From Planctomycetota bacterium (GTDB lineage: Bacteria; Planctomycetota; UBA1135): a stretch of DNA of 64,000 bases. Below, piece by piece: positions 1-12,612 of the stretch. The position numbers and the translations under genes were made by a program. The notes beneath the pieces were generated by a model. That model worked only from the letters and a program-made list of their open reading frames with translations, did no database searches and was not told the origin of the DNA. The first letter of the stretch is position 1; every line of letters begins with the position of its first letter. The stretch lies in assembly GCA_045047305.1 (NCBI GenBank), contig JASFYO010000016.1, positions 1 to 64,000 of the forward strand, written 5' to 3'.

Positions 1-100
1 GTGGGTGCGGCGTTTTCGGGTCATGGGATTCTTGATGCCTGCCCAAAGGATAAACTAAATCAGGCAACTCGATTGGCTCCGTTTTCTCGGACCACTTCTC
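1..100 (-). mobile_element. Probable left end of an IS3-family insertion sequence with the start of OrfA (partial, runs off the window)
   Basis: Minus strand from ~100 reads GAGAAGTGGTCCGAGAAAACGGAGCCA, similar to IS3-family left ends but without the canonical 5'-TG. An ATG at 24 gives MTRKRRTH, a typical IS3 OrfA start. This coincides with the point where MscS homology stops abruptly. Confidence 0.5.
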
Positions 101-1213
101 CCCTTCTGGGCCAGACGCAAGTTGGCGCACAAGAAATGTCATGTCTTTGCGAATTTGGGGATGGTTTTGCAAATAGCTCTCGATATAAGCGCGGAATGTT
201 CCAAGGTTAGTAAGACGACGCCCATTTACCGGGCACTCCAAGTCCACTCCTTTTTCCTTATTCCACGTTTGCACCTCCAATGATTTCTTCTCCAGGTACT
301 CATCTATGTATTGGATTTTCCGCAGGCCCGAAATCTCTTCTTGATTCAATAAATGAACACTACCCATGTCCAACGCAATCGATCGCTTAATTCGACGTCC
401 TCCAGAATCAGACATACCCCGCCAGTTTTTGAAACTTTCGCTCATGAACGCATAAGTCGGCACCGTAGAAATTGTTTTGTCCCAATTCTGAATCTTCACC
501 GTATTCAAGCTGATTTCCATGACATCACCATCTGCACCGAATTTTGGCATCTCAACCCAATCTCCTACGCGCACCATGTCGTAACTCGCAATTTGAATAC
601 TTGCTACAAATCCGAGAATGGAGTCCTTAAACACCAAAAGAATAACCGCAGTCATCGCGCCCATGCCTGTGAGCAAAATCAGTGGAGACTGACCCATCAT
701 GGTGCTTAGGGCAACAATAATCGCGGCAAGCCAGAGCAAGAGTTTTATGACCTGCGCATAGCTGCCCATAGGCATAGCCCGTGTCGCTTTTTGGTGGCTC
801 GCAATCTCCACTAAACAGTCTAGGAATGCACTACCCGCTCGCGTTCCCGCCACAATCATCCAAATCGTGGAAAGCCGGATTACCAGGGAAGACCAATCCC
901 CTTGACCTTCTAAAAACAGAAACTCGGCGGCGTAATAGAACACGAAGGCCGGGGCCAAATGTGAAAGTCGACTGAAGACTTGATGCTTTACTAATAAGTC
1001 GTCCCACTGGAACTTGCTTTTTCCTACTACAACGTGGACCAATCGTAGAATAACCCGTTTTGCAATCAAGTTCGCAAGCCATGCGGCACAAAGAACGACA
1101 GCCCAAATAAGAATCATCCCAGCTGTTTCCGAATTTACAAATTCATCCCACCAACCAATTGAACTCGAAAGTATTTCGGTGGAATCTACGGATGCATGTT
1201 GGCGCAAGATCAT
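101..1213 (-). pseudogene. ybdG: YbdG-type MscS-family mechanosensitive channel, C-terminus apparently replaced by an insertion
   Basis: Absent from the ORF track because there is no stop in the window. Manual translation from ATG 1213 (ATGA overlap with the upstream gene) gives GMGAMTAVILLVFKDSILGFVASIQIASYDMVRVGDWVEMPKFGADGDV, NWRGMSDSGGRRIKRSI, NGRRLTNLGTFRAY and DMTFLVRQLASGPEG, then unrelated sequence. Confidence 0.8.
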
Positions 1214-2127
1214 TTCACTGCGTCAGGACAAAGACCGCGGAAGCGACACCATCCGCATTTCCGCGCCTCGGGAGATGCAGGCCAATTCTCTATTATTAAA
1301 TCGTCGACATCCGGGTCATAGTGAATATCCATCATTTCTCGAAGACTTGCCGACATCTCATCTTGAGCGTGCGACAAACGATTCAAGTCTACTGGGATTT
1401 GCTGTACTTGTTCTTCACCCAAATAGGCGGCATACAACACAATGTTCTCAGGGTCCACCGACCATTTTTCGCAGGCATAGAGCGCGTAAGTGTGGAGTTG
1501 AAAAATATCGGCGTCGCGAGGCTTACCGGTTTTCCAGTCCCAAATATGGACGACGTCGCCCTCCGCATAAGCAAAATCCGGCACTGCATAAATCTTAGTG
1601 CCAAGGAACTGGTATGTATCCATGGTTTCTAAGGACCTCCAGTTGTCTGGGTGGGCCTCACGAACCGGCGCAAGTTCCGGAGCATGCATAAAATAATTTG
1701 CACAGCGTTCTAATAACTCGCGTGCAGCTTCCGTACGTTCCTTCGGGATAGGAACTTCATAGTGGTGTTCCAAAAGATGAGTACTTTTGTTGGGGCGCGC
1801 TTTCCAATCATCGCTCGCTGACTGACGCCACCCTTCGCGAAACAATTCGACGGCCTCTTCATAAAGCTCTTTTGTGGACATAGTGGTCCCGCCTTGCTTT
1901 AGCTGAAACCAACGCTCGATCGCGCGGTGCATGCAATCGCCTGCATAAGCCGGCAACGACGTCAGGCATTTATGCACCATGATGTCGTACTTCTCTCCCA
2001 GTGGCTTCTCCGTCCACCAGCCCCAAGAGGCATAACGGCCGTACCAGTTCTCGCGACGACAGCGCTCAAACTCCTTCGCCCGACTTGCAGACCAGGAAAG
2101 TTCACATTGGAATTGTTTTGTTGCCAT
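1210..2127 (-). CDS. PD-(D/E)XK nuclease superfamily protein (RecB/AddB/Cas4-like) with probable Fe-S cysteines
   Basis: Motifs PDF...IWDWKTG and QLHTYALY; an N-terminal Cys (ERCRR) plus C-terminal CGWCRFRGLC. Confidence 0.85.
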   Translation of the reverse strand: MATKQFQCELSWSASRAKEFERCRRENWYGRYASWGWWTEKPLGEKYDIMVHKCLTSLPAYAGDCMHRAIERWFQLKQGGTTMSTKELYEEAVELFREGWRQSASDDWKARPNKSTHLLEHHYEVPIPKERTEAARELLERCANYFMHAPELAPVREAHPDNWRSLETMDTYQFLGTKIYAVPDFAYAEGDVVHIWDWKTGKPRDADIFQLHTYALYACEKWSVDPENIVLYAAYLGEEQVQQIPVDLNRLSHAQDEMSASLREMMDIHYDPDVDDLIIENWPASPEARKCGWCRFRGLCPDAVK

Positions 2128-2139
2128 TTGATTCTCCGC

Positions 2140-3660
2140 TTAGTGACGGAAGTGACGGGTTCCAGTATGCACCATACAGACGTTACGTTCATCACAAGCG
2201 GCAGTAACTTCTGCGTCTCTCATCGAGCCACCGGGCTGAACGATGACGGCAACTCCCGCTGCTGCAAGGGCTTCTGGACCATCTGGGAACGGGAAAAAGG
2301 CATCGCTGCCGACCACTGCACCTTGCGCACGATTCCCTGCTTTCTTCACTGCGATTTCAGCTGAGTCGACTCGACTCATTTGCCCTGCACCAGCGCCAAC
2401 CAACATGCCATTCTTCACCAAACAAATGCTGTTTGATTTCAGATGCTTGGCCAATGTTTGCGCCAAACGACAATCAGCTTCGAACTTAGGGTCCAAGGCC
2501 ACCGTGCCTGCAACCTTCAAATCGGCATTGAAACCGCTCAAGGTGTCCGAATCCTGAACTAGTGTTCCACCCCAAACGCGACGGGCTTCGTTTTGCACAC
2601 GTGGACTTCCAATGTCTGGAATTTTTACGATGCGTAAATTCTTGCCCCACTTTGGTCCAGTGCGGAGCAAATTGACGGCCTCCTCCTCGAAATCGCTTGC
2701 CGCAAGAACTTCTACAAAGTGACCGGGCCCCGCAAGGAACTCGGCACATGCCATATCGAAGGTTCCGTGCACCGCAATAACCGATCCAAACGCAGAAAGC
2801 GGATCGCCTTCCCATGCACGCCTCAACGCTTCCGCATTACTGCTGCCAAGCGATGCTCCGCAAGGGTTCGTATGTTTTACAACCACTGCGGAGTGCATTG
2901 GCATGTCATTGACTGCTGCAACTGCCCCATCAAGATCTAACCAATTGTTGTAAGACAATTCCTTTCCTCCAGGCAAAACTTCCGCTGCGCCAAGACCAAA
3001 GGCGCTGGCGTCGGCAAAAAACCCTGCTTTTTGATGCGGGTTTTCTCCATAACGAAGTTCGCCACCTTCTTGTTGAGCAAACCATCTACCAATCGCGGTA
3101 TCGTATTCACCGGTACGGGCAAAGACCTTTGTCGCTAACTTGCGGCGCGTTGCCAAGGAAGTTCCCCCCTCGGCCAACTCGGAGGCAACGTTCTGGTAAT
3201 CCGCTGTGTCGCAAAGAACCGCAACACTCTCATGATTCTTAGCGGCAGAGCGAAGCATCGATGGCCCACCAATATCAATTTTCTCGATGATCTCTTCCAC
3301 GCTTCCGCCGCCGGCAACGGTTTCCTCAAACGGGTAAAGGTTTACAACCACCATATCGATGGGGCCGATGTCATGCGCCTGCATGGATGCAAGGTGGCCT
3401 TCATCGGAGCGTCTCGCTAAAAGACCGCCATGGATTTTTGGATGTAGCGTTTTTACGCGGCCATCCATCATCTCGGGAAAGCCGGTGTAATCAGCAACTT
3501 CGATGACATCAAGACCCGCGTCCATTAACGCTTTACGCGTTCCACCGGTGGAAAGAAGTTCGGCGCCTTGCGCGGCAAGTGCTTTGCCGAGTTCAACAAT
3601 GCCGTCTTTGTAAAAGACACTCAACAAAGCGCGGCGTACTGGGATTCGATCGCTGGACAT
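2140..3660 (-). CDS. purH: Bifunctional AICAR transformylase/IMP cyclohydrolase
   Basis: Motifs RRALLSV, GRVKTLHPKIHGGLL, IDIGGPSMLRSAAKN, LRYGENPHQ, SDAFFPF, TGTRHFRH. Start reset to ATG 3660, just after the prfB stop. Confidence 0.97.
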   Translation of the reverse strand: MSSDRIPVRRALLSVFYKDGIVELGKALAAQGAELLSTGGTRKALMDAGLDVIEVADYTGFPEMMDGRVKTLHPKIHGGLLARRSDEGHLASMQAHDIGPIDMVVVNLYPFEETVAGGGSVEEIIEKIDIGGPSMLRSAAKNHESVAVLCDTADYQNVASELAEGGTSLATRRKLATKVFARTGEYDTAIGRWFAQQEGGELRYGENPHQKAGFFADASAFGLGAAEVLPGGKELSYNNWLDLDGAVAAVNDMPMHSAVVVKHTNPCGASLGSSNAEALRRAWEGDPLSAFGSVIAVHGTFDMACAEFLAGPGHFVEVLAASDFEEEAVNLLRTGPKWGKNLRIVKIPDIGSPRVQNEARRVWGGTLVQDSDTLSGFNADLKVAGTVALDPKFEADCRLAQTLAKHLKSNSICLVKNGMLVGAGAGQMSRVDSAEIAVKKAGNRAQGAVVGSDAFFPFPDGPEALAAAGVAVIVQPGGSMRDAEVTAACDERNVCMVHTGTRHFRH

Positions 3661-3664
3661 GGAT

Positions 3665-4763
3665 TTAACGGGTTGCTCGAGAACGGAGGTATTCTTCAAT
3701 GAAGGGATCAATGTTGCCGTCGAGAACAGATTGGGAATTTCCGATCTCGAAGTTGGTGCGATGGTCTTTCACCATCTGGTATGGGTGCAATACATAAGAA
3801 CGGATCTGAGATCCCCAAGCAATCTCGCCCTTGTTTCCATACATTGATTTAAGGTCTGCGTCGCGTTCGGTCTCACGTAGGTCGAACAGTTTTGCTACCA
3901 ACATTTTGGTTGCAATCTGTCGGTTCTTCAACTGGCTACGCTCGTTTTGGCACTGCACCACAATCCCAGTTGGGAGGTGAGTAAAACGTACTGCAGAATC
4001 CGTTTTGTTAACGTGCTGGCCACCTGCACCACCGGCTCGATAGGTGTCTACCCGGACTTCGCTCATATCAAGATTAATCGCACCTTCGTCTTCAAACTCT
4101 GGCATGACTTCCACCGCGGCAAAGCTCGTGTGGCGACGGCCTTGAGCGTCGTAAGGGGAAATCCGCACTAAACGATGCACGCCGCGCTCGGCTTTTAATT
4201 TCCCATAGGCATACGGCCCGCTAAACAGCAGTGTTGCGTGCCGGATTCCGCCTTCATCGTTGGTGAGTAATTCAATCTCGGTGATCTCAAACTCCTTCGC
4301 CTCGCCCCAGCGGAGATACATCCGCATGAGCATTTCTGCAAAATCGGTTGCGTCGACACCACCAGCTCCTGCTTGGATAGAAACAAAAGCATTGCGGTTA
4401 TCGTTTTCACCACCGAGCATGACTTGAAACTCCAGAGCATCAAGTTTTTCGGTGGCAAGCGCAACTGCCTGTTCCAAGTCATCGACAACCTCTTCAGCTC
4501 CAGATTCTTCACCAAGCTCTGCAAGCATGGCTATCTCTTCTAAAACATCAGCTGCCTCGTCGATAGGATCAGTGACCGCACGCGCCTGCTTCATCAAACC
4601 AATCACCTTTTGGGCAGCATCTTGGTCATCCCAAAAACTGCCTTCAGCCATCACTTTGTTGAACTCAGCTTTTTTCTCTGCGTTCGTCGTGTAGTCAAAG
4701 ACGTCCCCGAATTTGCTCCAAGCGGCGCTCTAATTCATTCGCAAGGTCGAGGCTTTCTTTCAT
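3665..4763 (-). CDS. prfB: Peptide chain release factor 2, expressed via a +1 programmed frameshift
   Basis: GGQ motif (GAGGQHVNKTDSAVR), SPY in place of SPF, WGSQIRSY. A 22-codon 5' frame from ATG 4763 ends in CTT-TGA-C (4700-4694), and the +1 frame continues DYTTNAEKK into the 3665..4654 ORF. Confidence 0.96.
4694..4710 (-). other. prfB programmed +1 frameshift site (SD-like GGGGA, then CGT CTT TGA C)
   Basis: Minus strand TCGGGGACGTCTTTGAC matches the canonical RF2 autoregulatory slippery site. Confidence 0.93.
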
Positions 4764-4790
4764 CGTCTTCAGGGGTGGACGGGCTAAGGG

Positions 4791-5387
4791 TTAGGAAGCA
4801 GACTTTGCTGCAGCCAACGCATCTTTCAACGCGTGATATAACGCGGTGTTCGATGCAAGAGTCAAAGGCAAAACGCCTTCTTCTGTTTCTTTCAAATACT
4901 CCTCACGACGTTCGGCGGTAAATGCGCCTTCCATTGTGAGAATGTTATCGAGACGGTCTGCGCTTTTCACAATGTGTGCATCACGACCTTCCCAGCGGAG
5001 ACCTTCTAGGTGACGCATGTTTCGTTCATACTTCGACTCCCCCTCTTTTAAGTCCGGGTGAGTCAAGGCGCGAACAAGATCGCCGACCTGTGGACTCAAA
5101 TCGTCTTCCACATCGTTTGCAGTTACGTCGGTATCTTCTACAACATCATGCAACAAGCCCGCGCAAATCACTGCTGCATTATGCTTTTGTTCCGCAAGTT
5201 CAAGCAGCAAAAGTGCAGTGCGCAGTACATGGGCGACATAAGGTTCGGCTAATCCTTTGCGAACTTGACCTTCATGAGCCGTCTTGGCCATTGCAACAGC
5301 CTTATCAATGGGTGGCCATGTACTGCCAACTTGATCAAGCAATCGCTTTTCGAGTTCTTCGACGGTAAGTGTGTAGAGTTCTTGCAT
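4791..5387 (-). CDS. HD-domain protein, small alarmone hydrolase (RelA/SpoT hydrolase-only, Mesh1-like)
   Basis: Motifs AHEGQVRK...PYVAH, AGLLHDVVEDT, VKSADRLDN; 198 aa with no synthetase domain. Confidence 0.82.
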   Translation of the reverse strand: MQELYTLTVEELEKRLLDQVGSTWPPIDKAVAMAKTAHEGQVRKGLAEPYVAHVLRTALLLLELAEQKHNAAVICAGLLHDVVEDTDVTANDVEDDLSPQVGDLVRALTHPDLKEGESKYERNMRHLEGLRWEGRDAHIVKSADRLDNILTMEGAFTAERREEYLKETEEGVLPLTLASNTALYHALKDALAAAKSAS

Positions 5388-5392
5388 CTGTT

Positions 5393-6103
5393 TCAGCGTT
5401 GAAGGGTGACTACTTTGCCGTTATCGCCGCCTTCTATAACAAGGTGGCAAAGGTCGAGAAACAAACCTACTTCTACCACGCCTGGAATTTGAGAAAGGGA
5501 AGCGTGAAGCTCTTGTGGATTTGCAATCCCTGTCTTGAAACGACAATCAAGAATGTAGTTGCCGTTGTCGGTAACAAAAGGCTCGCCCGCTTCTGTGTTG
5601 CGGACATAGGGCTTGCAGTCGCCCAAAACAGCTACCTTATCGCGTATGGAAAGATAGCCAAAAGGCAACACCTCCACCGGCAAAAGGAAGGTCGTGCCAA
5701 GGCGGTTTACGCGTTTTCCCTGGCCAACAATAATGATGACCTTAGTGCCTGCCGCTGCGACGATTTTTTCGCGCAACAAGGCTCCGCCCCCTCCTTTAAT
5801 TAGACGAAACTCGTCATCGACTTCATCCGCGCCATCAATCACCAAATCTAGAACCGGTTGTTCTTCGAGAGTGGCCAAGGAAATCCCTAGTTCCTTACAT
5901 TTATCTGCCGTAGCAACAGAGGTCGGGACCCCAAGGACATCTAAGCCCTCTTTAGCCATTCTCTCGGCGAGAGCATCGAGAAAAAAAGCTACGGTACTAC
6001 CTGTTCCGAGACCAAGAATCATTCCGGTCTTCACGTGTTCAGCAGCAGCAATTCCAGCGGCTTGCTTTGGCGATGGGGAATCAGCCATTTGCGCCGTTAT
6101 CAT
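5393..6103 (-). CDS. rpiA: Ribose-5-phosphate isomerase A
   Basis: Motifs GLGTGST, DGADEVD, IKGGGGALLREKIVA, TDNGNYILD. Start is ATG 6103 or 6088. Confidence 0.96.
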   Translation of the reverse strand: MITAQMADSPSPKQAAGIAAAEHVKTGMILGLGTGSTVAFFLDALAERMAKEGLDVLGVPTSVATADKCKELGISLATLEEQPVLDLVIDGADEVDDEFRLIKGGGGALLREKIVAAAGTKVIIIVGQGKRVNRLGTTFLLPVEVLPFGYLSIRDKVAVLGDCKPYVRNTEAGEPFVTDNGNYILDCRFKTGIANPQELHASLSQIPGVVEVGLFLDLCHLVIEGGDNGKVVTLQR

Positions 6104-6150
6104 ACCGTCCGCAATGCTTGATTTTCCGCCTCCTTGGCCCGCTCTGGCGC

Positions 6151-6191
6151 TATAATCACAACGCGATTTATTGCAACTGAGTCTCAATAAA
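6151..6191 (+). promoter_or_regulatory. -10 element (TATAAT 6151-6156) and Fur-box-like palindrome upstream of feoAB
   Basis: TTTATTGCAACT-G-AGTCTCAATAAA (6167-6191) is a 12-1-12 inverted repeat with 2 mismatches, directly before the feoA start at 6199. Confidence 0.7.
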
Positions 6192-6198
6192 GAAGGCG

Positions 6199-6465
6199 TT
6201 GAATCTTCCCTCCAAAATCCTCACCCTGGCTGATCTTCCTCAAGTGCTTTTTGCACGGGTGGTAGAGGTTGAGGGTGGTTGCGACATCTGTGAGCGACTA
6301 AAGGAGCTTGGATTCACGCCGGGAACAGAGGTGCGTTTCGAACGCCAAGCACCCTTTGGGGGGCCTTTAATTTTGACTTTGCGTGGCTATCAACTGGCGT
6401 TAAGGCCTCAGGAGGCTCGTCGTGTAAAAATTAGTGCCATTTCTGCGTTCGGGTGTGAAAAATGA
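6199..6465 (+). CDS. feoA: Ferrous iron transport protein A
   Basis: RLKELGFTPGTEV...APFGGPL...LRGYQLALR; overlaps the feoB start. Confidence 0.93.
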   Translation: MNLPSKILTLADLPQVLFARVVEVEGGCDICERLKELGFTPGTEVRFERQAPFGGPLILTLRGYQLALRPQEARRVKISAISAFGCEK

Positions 6466-8333
6466 GCGAAAAACTGCATCTCGCATTAGTTGGTAGTCCC
6501 AATGCTGGCAAAACCACCCTTTTCAATGCCCTAACGGGCTTATCTGCCAAAACAGGGAATTATCCCGGTGTTACGGTAGACCGCCGCTGTGGAACCGTTG
6601 AGGTTGAAGATATCCAGGTTCAGCTCTCTGATTTACCGGGCAGCTATTCACTTCACGCTATTTCGGACGACGAAGCGGTCACCGCCAAAGTGTTACGAGG
6701 CGAAATGGACGGTGGGCAAGCCCCCGATGGCATCGTCTTTGTTGCCGATGCCACTACCCTAGACCGCTCATTGCCGATGCTCGCGGACGTCCTGAAAATA
6801 GGCCGCCCCACTCTTTTGGTATTGACCATGATTGATGAGCTCAAGGCGCGGGGTGGCGATTTAGATTTATTCAAGCTTCAAGGGGCTCTTGGTATTCCTA
6901 TTGTTGGCGTCGTCGGCAATAAAGGTCTTGGAATAAATGACTTACGCCAAAAACTCGCAGAGGTTTCCAAATGGCCGCGCGCAAAGGATATACCTCAGGG
7001 CGACACCAATTCTCGCTTTCAGTGGGCTGATGGTTTGCTTGCAAAAGTTACTAGGCATTCTTTATCTGAAAGCCAGCTCACGCGTCGCATCGACCGTGTT
7101 TTGTTACATCCGGTACTCGGCTTGGTAGTTTTTGTAGCATTTCTAGCCGTCTTCTTTCAGGCCATCTTCTCTTGGGCCGCTCCCGCCATGAATCTGTTTT
7201 CTGGGTGGATGGATATCACGGCGGATTGGGTATTGGCAACCCTTCCCTCCGGCTTGCTTACCAATTTACTTGCCGATGGTGTCATTCGAGGAGTTGGCGC
7301 TGTCATTGTTTTCGTTCCCCAGATTGCACTCCTCTTCAGCATTATTTTTATGTTCGAAGCCTCTGGCTACATGGCTCGCGCAGCTTTTGTGGTGGATCGC
7401 GTCATGGGCTGGGCCGGACTGGAAGGGCGTTGTTTTATTTCACTCCTATCCTCTTATGCCTGTGCTGTTCCGGGAATTATGGCGACGCGCACAATTCCCT
7501 CGCCAAAAGATCGACTTGCCACGATTCTAGTCGCGCCTTTTGCAACCTGTTCCGCGCGACTCCCGGTTTATGCCCTTCTAATTTCGGCATTTATCCCGAA
7601 CACTACGGTTTTGGGCCCCTTTACTTATCAGGGACTAACACTGATGGGCCTATATCTTTTAGGTGGAATCAGCGCCGTTCTTTTCGCCGGTATTTTCAAG
7701 CGGGGCCTATTAAAGGGTGCGAGCCTTCCTTTTTATCTTGAGCTTCCGCCTTACCGTTTCCCTTCAATTCACTCGGTCGCTATTCAGGTGTTTCGTCGGT
7801 TAAAGGTATTTCTTAAGGATGCTGGATCCGTCATCTTGATGGGGTCCATCGTGCTTTGGTTTTTATTGAACTTCCCCCAGCACGATAGAGAGCCTGGCGT
7901 TAGCGATGCCATTGCTCACCGTGCACAAATTGAACAGAGTTACGCAGCCGACCTTGGACACGCCATGGAGCCCATTTTTGATCCACTCGGATTCGATTGG
8001 CGCATCAATATTGGCCTGATTGGATCCTTTGCTGCGCGAGAGTTAATGGTTTCAACTCTTGCTGAAGTTTATGCCTACGAAGAGGTCGATGGCAAATTTC
8101 CTGGCCTTGGTGTCATACTCACCACACCAGATAAGGAAACAGGCGAACCTCCCATGACCTTCGCCAGCGGCATCGCCTTGTTGTTGTTTTTCGTCTATGC
8201 CCTGCTTTGTTTGTCTACCGTTGCCGTAGCCAGGCGTGAAACAGGGGGTTGGAAGTGGCCCATTTTTATGGTGAGCTACATGGGCGTGCTTGCCTGGGTA
8301 GCCGGGTTTATCGGCTACACCTTAGCTTCTTAA
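6462..8333 (+). CDS. feoB: Ferrous iron transporter B
   Basis: GTPase motifs GSPNAGKT, GNYPGVTV, DLPGSYSL; membrane domain with CSARLPVY. Confidence 0.97.
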   Translation: MSEKLHLALVGSPNAGKTTLFNALTGLSAKTGNYPGVTVDRRCGTVEVEDIQVQLSDLPGSYSLHAISDDEAVTAKVLRGEMDGGQAPDGIVFVADATTLDRSLPMLADVLKIGRPTLLVLTMIDELKARGGDLDLFKLQGALGIPIVGVVGNKGLGINDLRQKLAEVSKWPRAKDIPQGDTNSRFQWADGLLAKVTRHSLSESQLTRRIDRVLLHPVLGLVVFVAFLAVFFQAIFSWAAPAMNLFSGWMDITADWVLATLPSGLLTNLLADGVIRGVGAVIVFVPQIALLFSIIFMFEASGYMARAAFVVDRVMGWAGLEGRCFISLLSSYACAVPGIMATRTIPSPKDRLATILVAPFATCSARLPVYALLISAFIPNTTVLGPFTYQGLTLMGLYLLGGISAVLFAGIFKRGLLKGASLPFYLELPPYRFPSIHSVAIQVFRRLKVFLKDAGSVILMGSIVLWFLLNFPQHDREPGVSDAIAHRAQIEQSYAADLGHAMEPIFDPLGFDWRINIGLIGSFAARELMVSTLAEVYAYEEVDGKFPGLGVILTTPDKETGEPPMTFASGIALLLFFVYALLCLSTVAVARRETGGWKWPIFMVSYMGVLAWVAGFIGYTLAS

Positions 8334-8344
8334 GAAACGCTTCC

Positions 8345-11116
<2,772 letters not shown>

Positions 11117-11120
<4 letters not shown>

Positions 11121-12256
11121 ACTAGAGCACTAAGGGGCATGACTACGTAGGAGTAATCATCACCGAGAATGAACTTTGCCGGTCGCGACGCATCATCAAC
11201 CTGAAGTTCAATCTGATCACTGTGTGCAGATTTGAGGCCATCAAGAATGAAGGCTGGGTTGAATGCCATCTTCAAACCATCGCCGGTGTAATCCACCTCA
11301 AAGTTTGCAGAAGCGCGACCGCGACCTTCGTGTTCGGCAGAGACCTCCATGTTGTTCGCACTTAGGCCAAGCCTCACAACGGCAGCTGAATCTTGGGTCA
11401 AGTGACTGGCAAGCTTCAGCTTCTTAGCAAACGACTCACGATGTGCGCGCACCACATGTTTGCCAGCAGCCGGAATTACATTGCTGTAATTCGGGTATTC
11501 ACCAGTTAACACACGACCGAAAGACTCCAGATTTCCCAGTCGGAAGCCAACCAAGTTTCCAAGGAACCAAATATTGATGGTGTCGCCTTCCTCATCAAGA
11601 CCAAAGCGATAGATTTGGTCCAATACTTTAGGTAGCAACACAGCACGCGATTTGCCGCCTTTACCACCCGTTGCTGGGCGATGAATGCAGGCAAGGCGGC
11701 GACCATCGGTGCCCACCATGGTGGCTTGTCCATCGACCAATTCGAACAAAACGCCTTCAGTTGCGAACCGCGTATCTTGCACCCGCGACGTTGCAAATCG
11801 TGTCGAATTCACCATGACAAGGAAATCTCCTTTATCCATGATTACATCGGCTTCACCTTCCAAAGCGGCAACCAGAGGAAAATTCTCTGAGCGGTCGGTG
11901 GAATCGGTGCCAGCACTGCTTTCGAAGGTCACTAAATCACAAACATCTTCTCCGGCCTGAAGTTCTACGCTGCCTTTGTCGTTAAGAGTAAGCGTGACAG
12001 TGTCAGACTCAACGTCTTTGATGATGTCAACAAGTTCACGACCTGGAATCACAGCCCAACCAGGCTGATCTACTTGAACAAAATCAATGCGATAACGAAC
12101 GGCCATATCCAGGTCATTGGTCATCAACTGCAAGCTGTTGTTTGAAGCTTCAATCAGAATGCCGCCATAGACGGGGTTGGTTGGCTTACGGTCAATGCCC
12201 ATTTCAACGCGCTGTAAGGCGTTGCGAAAAGCAAGTCGGTCGATCAGGAACTTCAT
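11117..12256 (-). CDS. dnaN: DNA polymerase III beta sliding clamp
   Basis: 379 aa, motifs VGTDGRRLA, GEYPNY, AFNPAFILD, YVVMPL; downstream of dnaA. Confidence 0.96.
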
Positions 12257-12612
12257 GGGCTGGCGGCTCTCTTTCTAATTAATTAAGAAGTAAAAATTAG
12301 TCTTCGTATTATAGTCGAAGGCAGTTTGTGGAGAAAGGCTAGGAGGCAATCGTAAGTCACTTATTTTCAAGTACTTACAAAATCCTGTTTGGGGTCTGTT
12401 GGGGCCTGGAGCCAGGGGATACAAGGGGAGGATTTGGGGAGAAAACGAGACCTTTTCCACTGTGCGAATTTGCTCCCCATTGCGGCTGTGGAAAGTGTGG
12501 AGAAGTGTGGAATTCTTCCCCATCCAGTTCCGGGTTATCCACAGGTTTTCCTGGCAAAAGTTAAGCCTCATGCGTGAGTTAGACGCATGAGGCTTGGAGA
12601 AAGAGTGCATAT
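12257..12612. other. Probable chromosomal replication origin (oriC) between dnaA and dnaN
   Basis: Perfect DnaA box TTATCCACA at 12535-12543; near-consensus boxes at 12327-12335, 12453-12461, 12487-12495, 12496-12504 and 12506-12514; AT-rich tract at 12272-12313 next to dnaN. Confidence 0.85.

Noticed and set aside
1..1598. Plus-strand ORFs 1..210, 353..709, 781..975 and 1014..1598
   Set aside because: They are antisense shadows of the minus-strand mscS and nuclease genes.
1210..2127. Possible CRISPR-Cas locus because of the Cas4-like nuclease
   Set aside because: I saw no repeat-spacer array and no cas1, cas2 or effector genes in the window.
4695..4697. In-frame TGA in prfB read as a pseudogene or selenocysteine codon
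   Set aside because: It is fully explained by the canonical RF2 +1 frameshift site.
12275..12610. Short ORFs between dnaA and dnaN
   Set aside because: They show no homology cues, and the region is explained by oriC elements.
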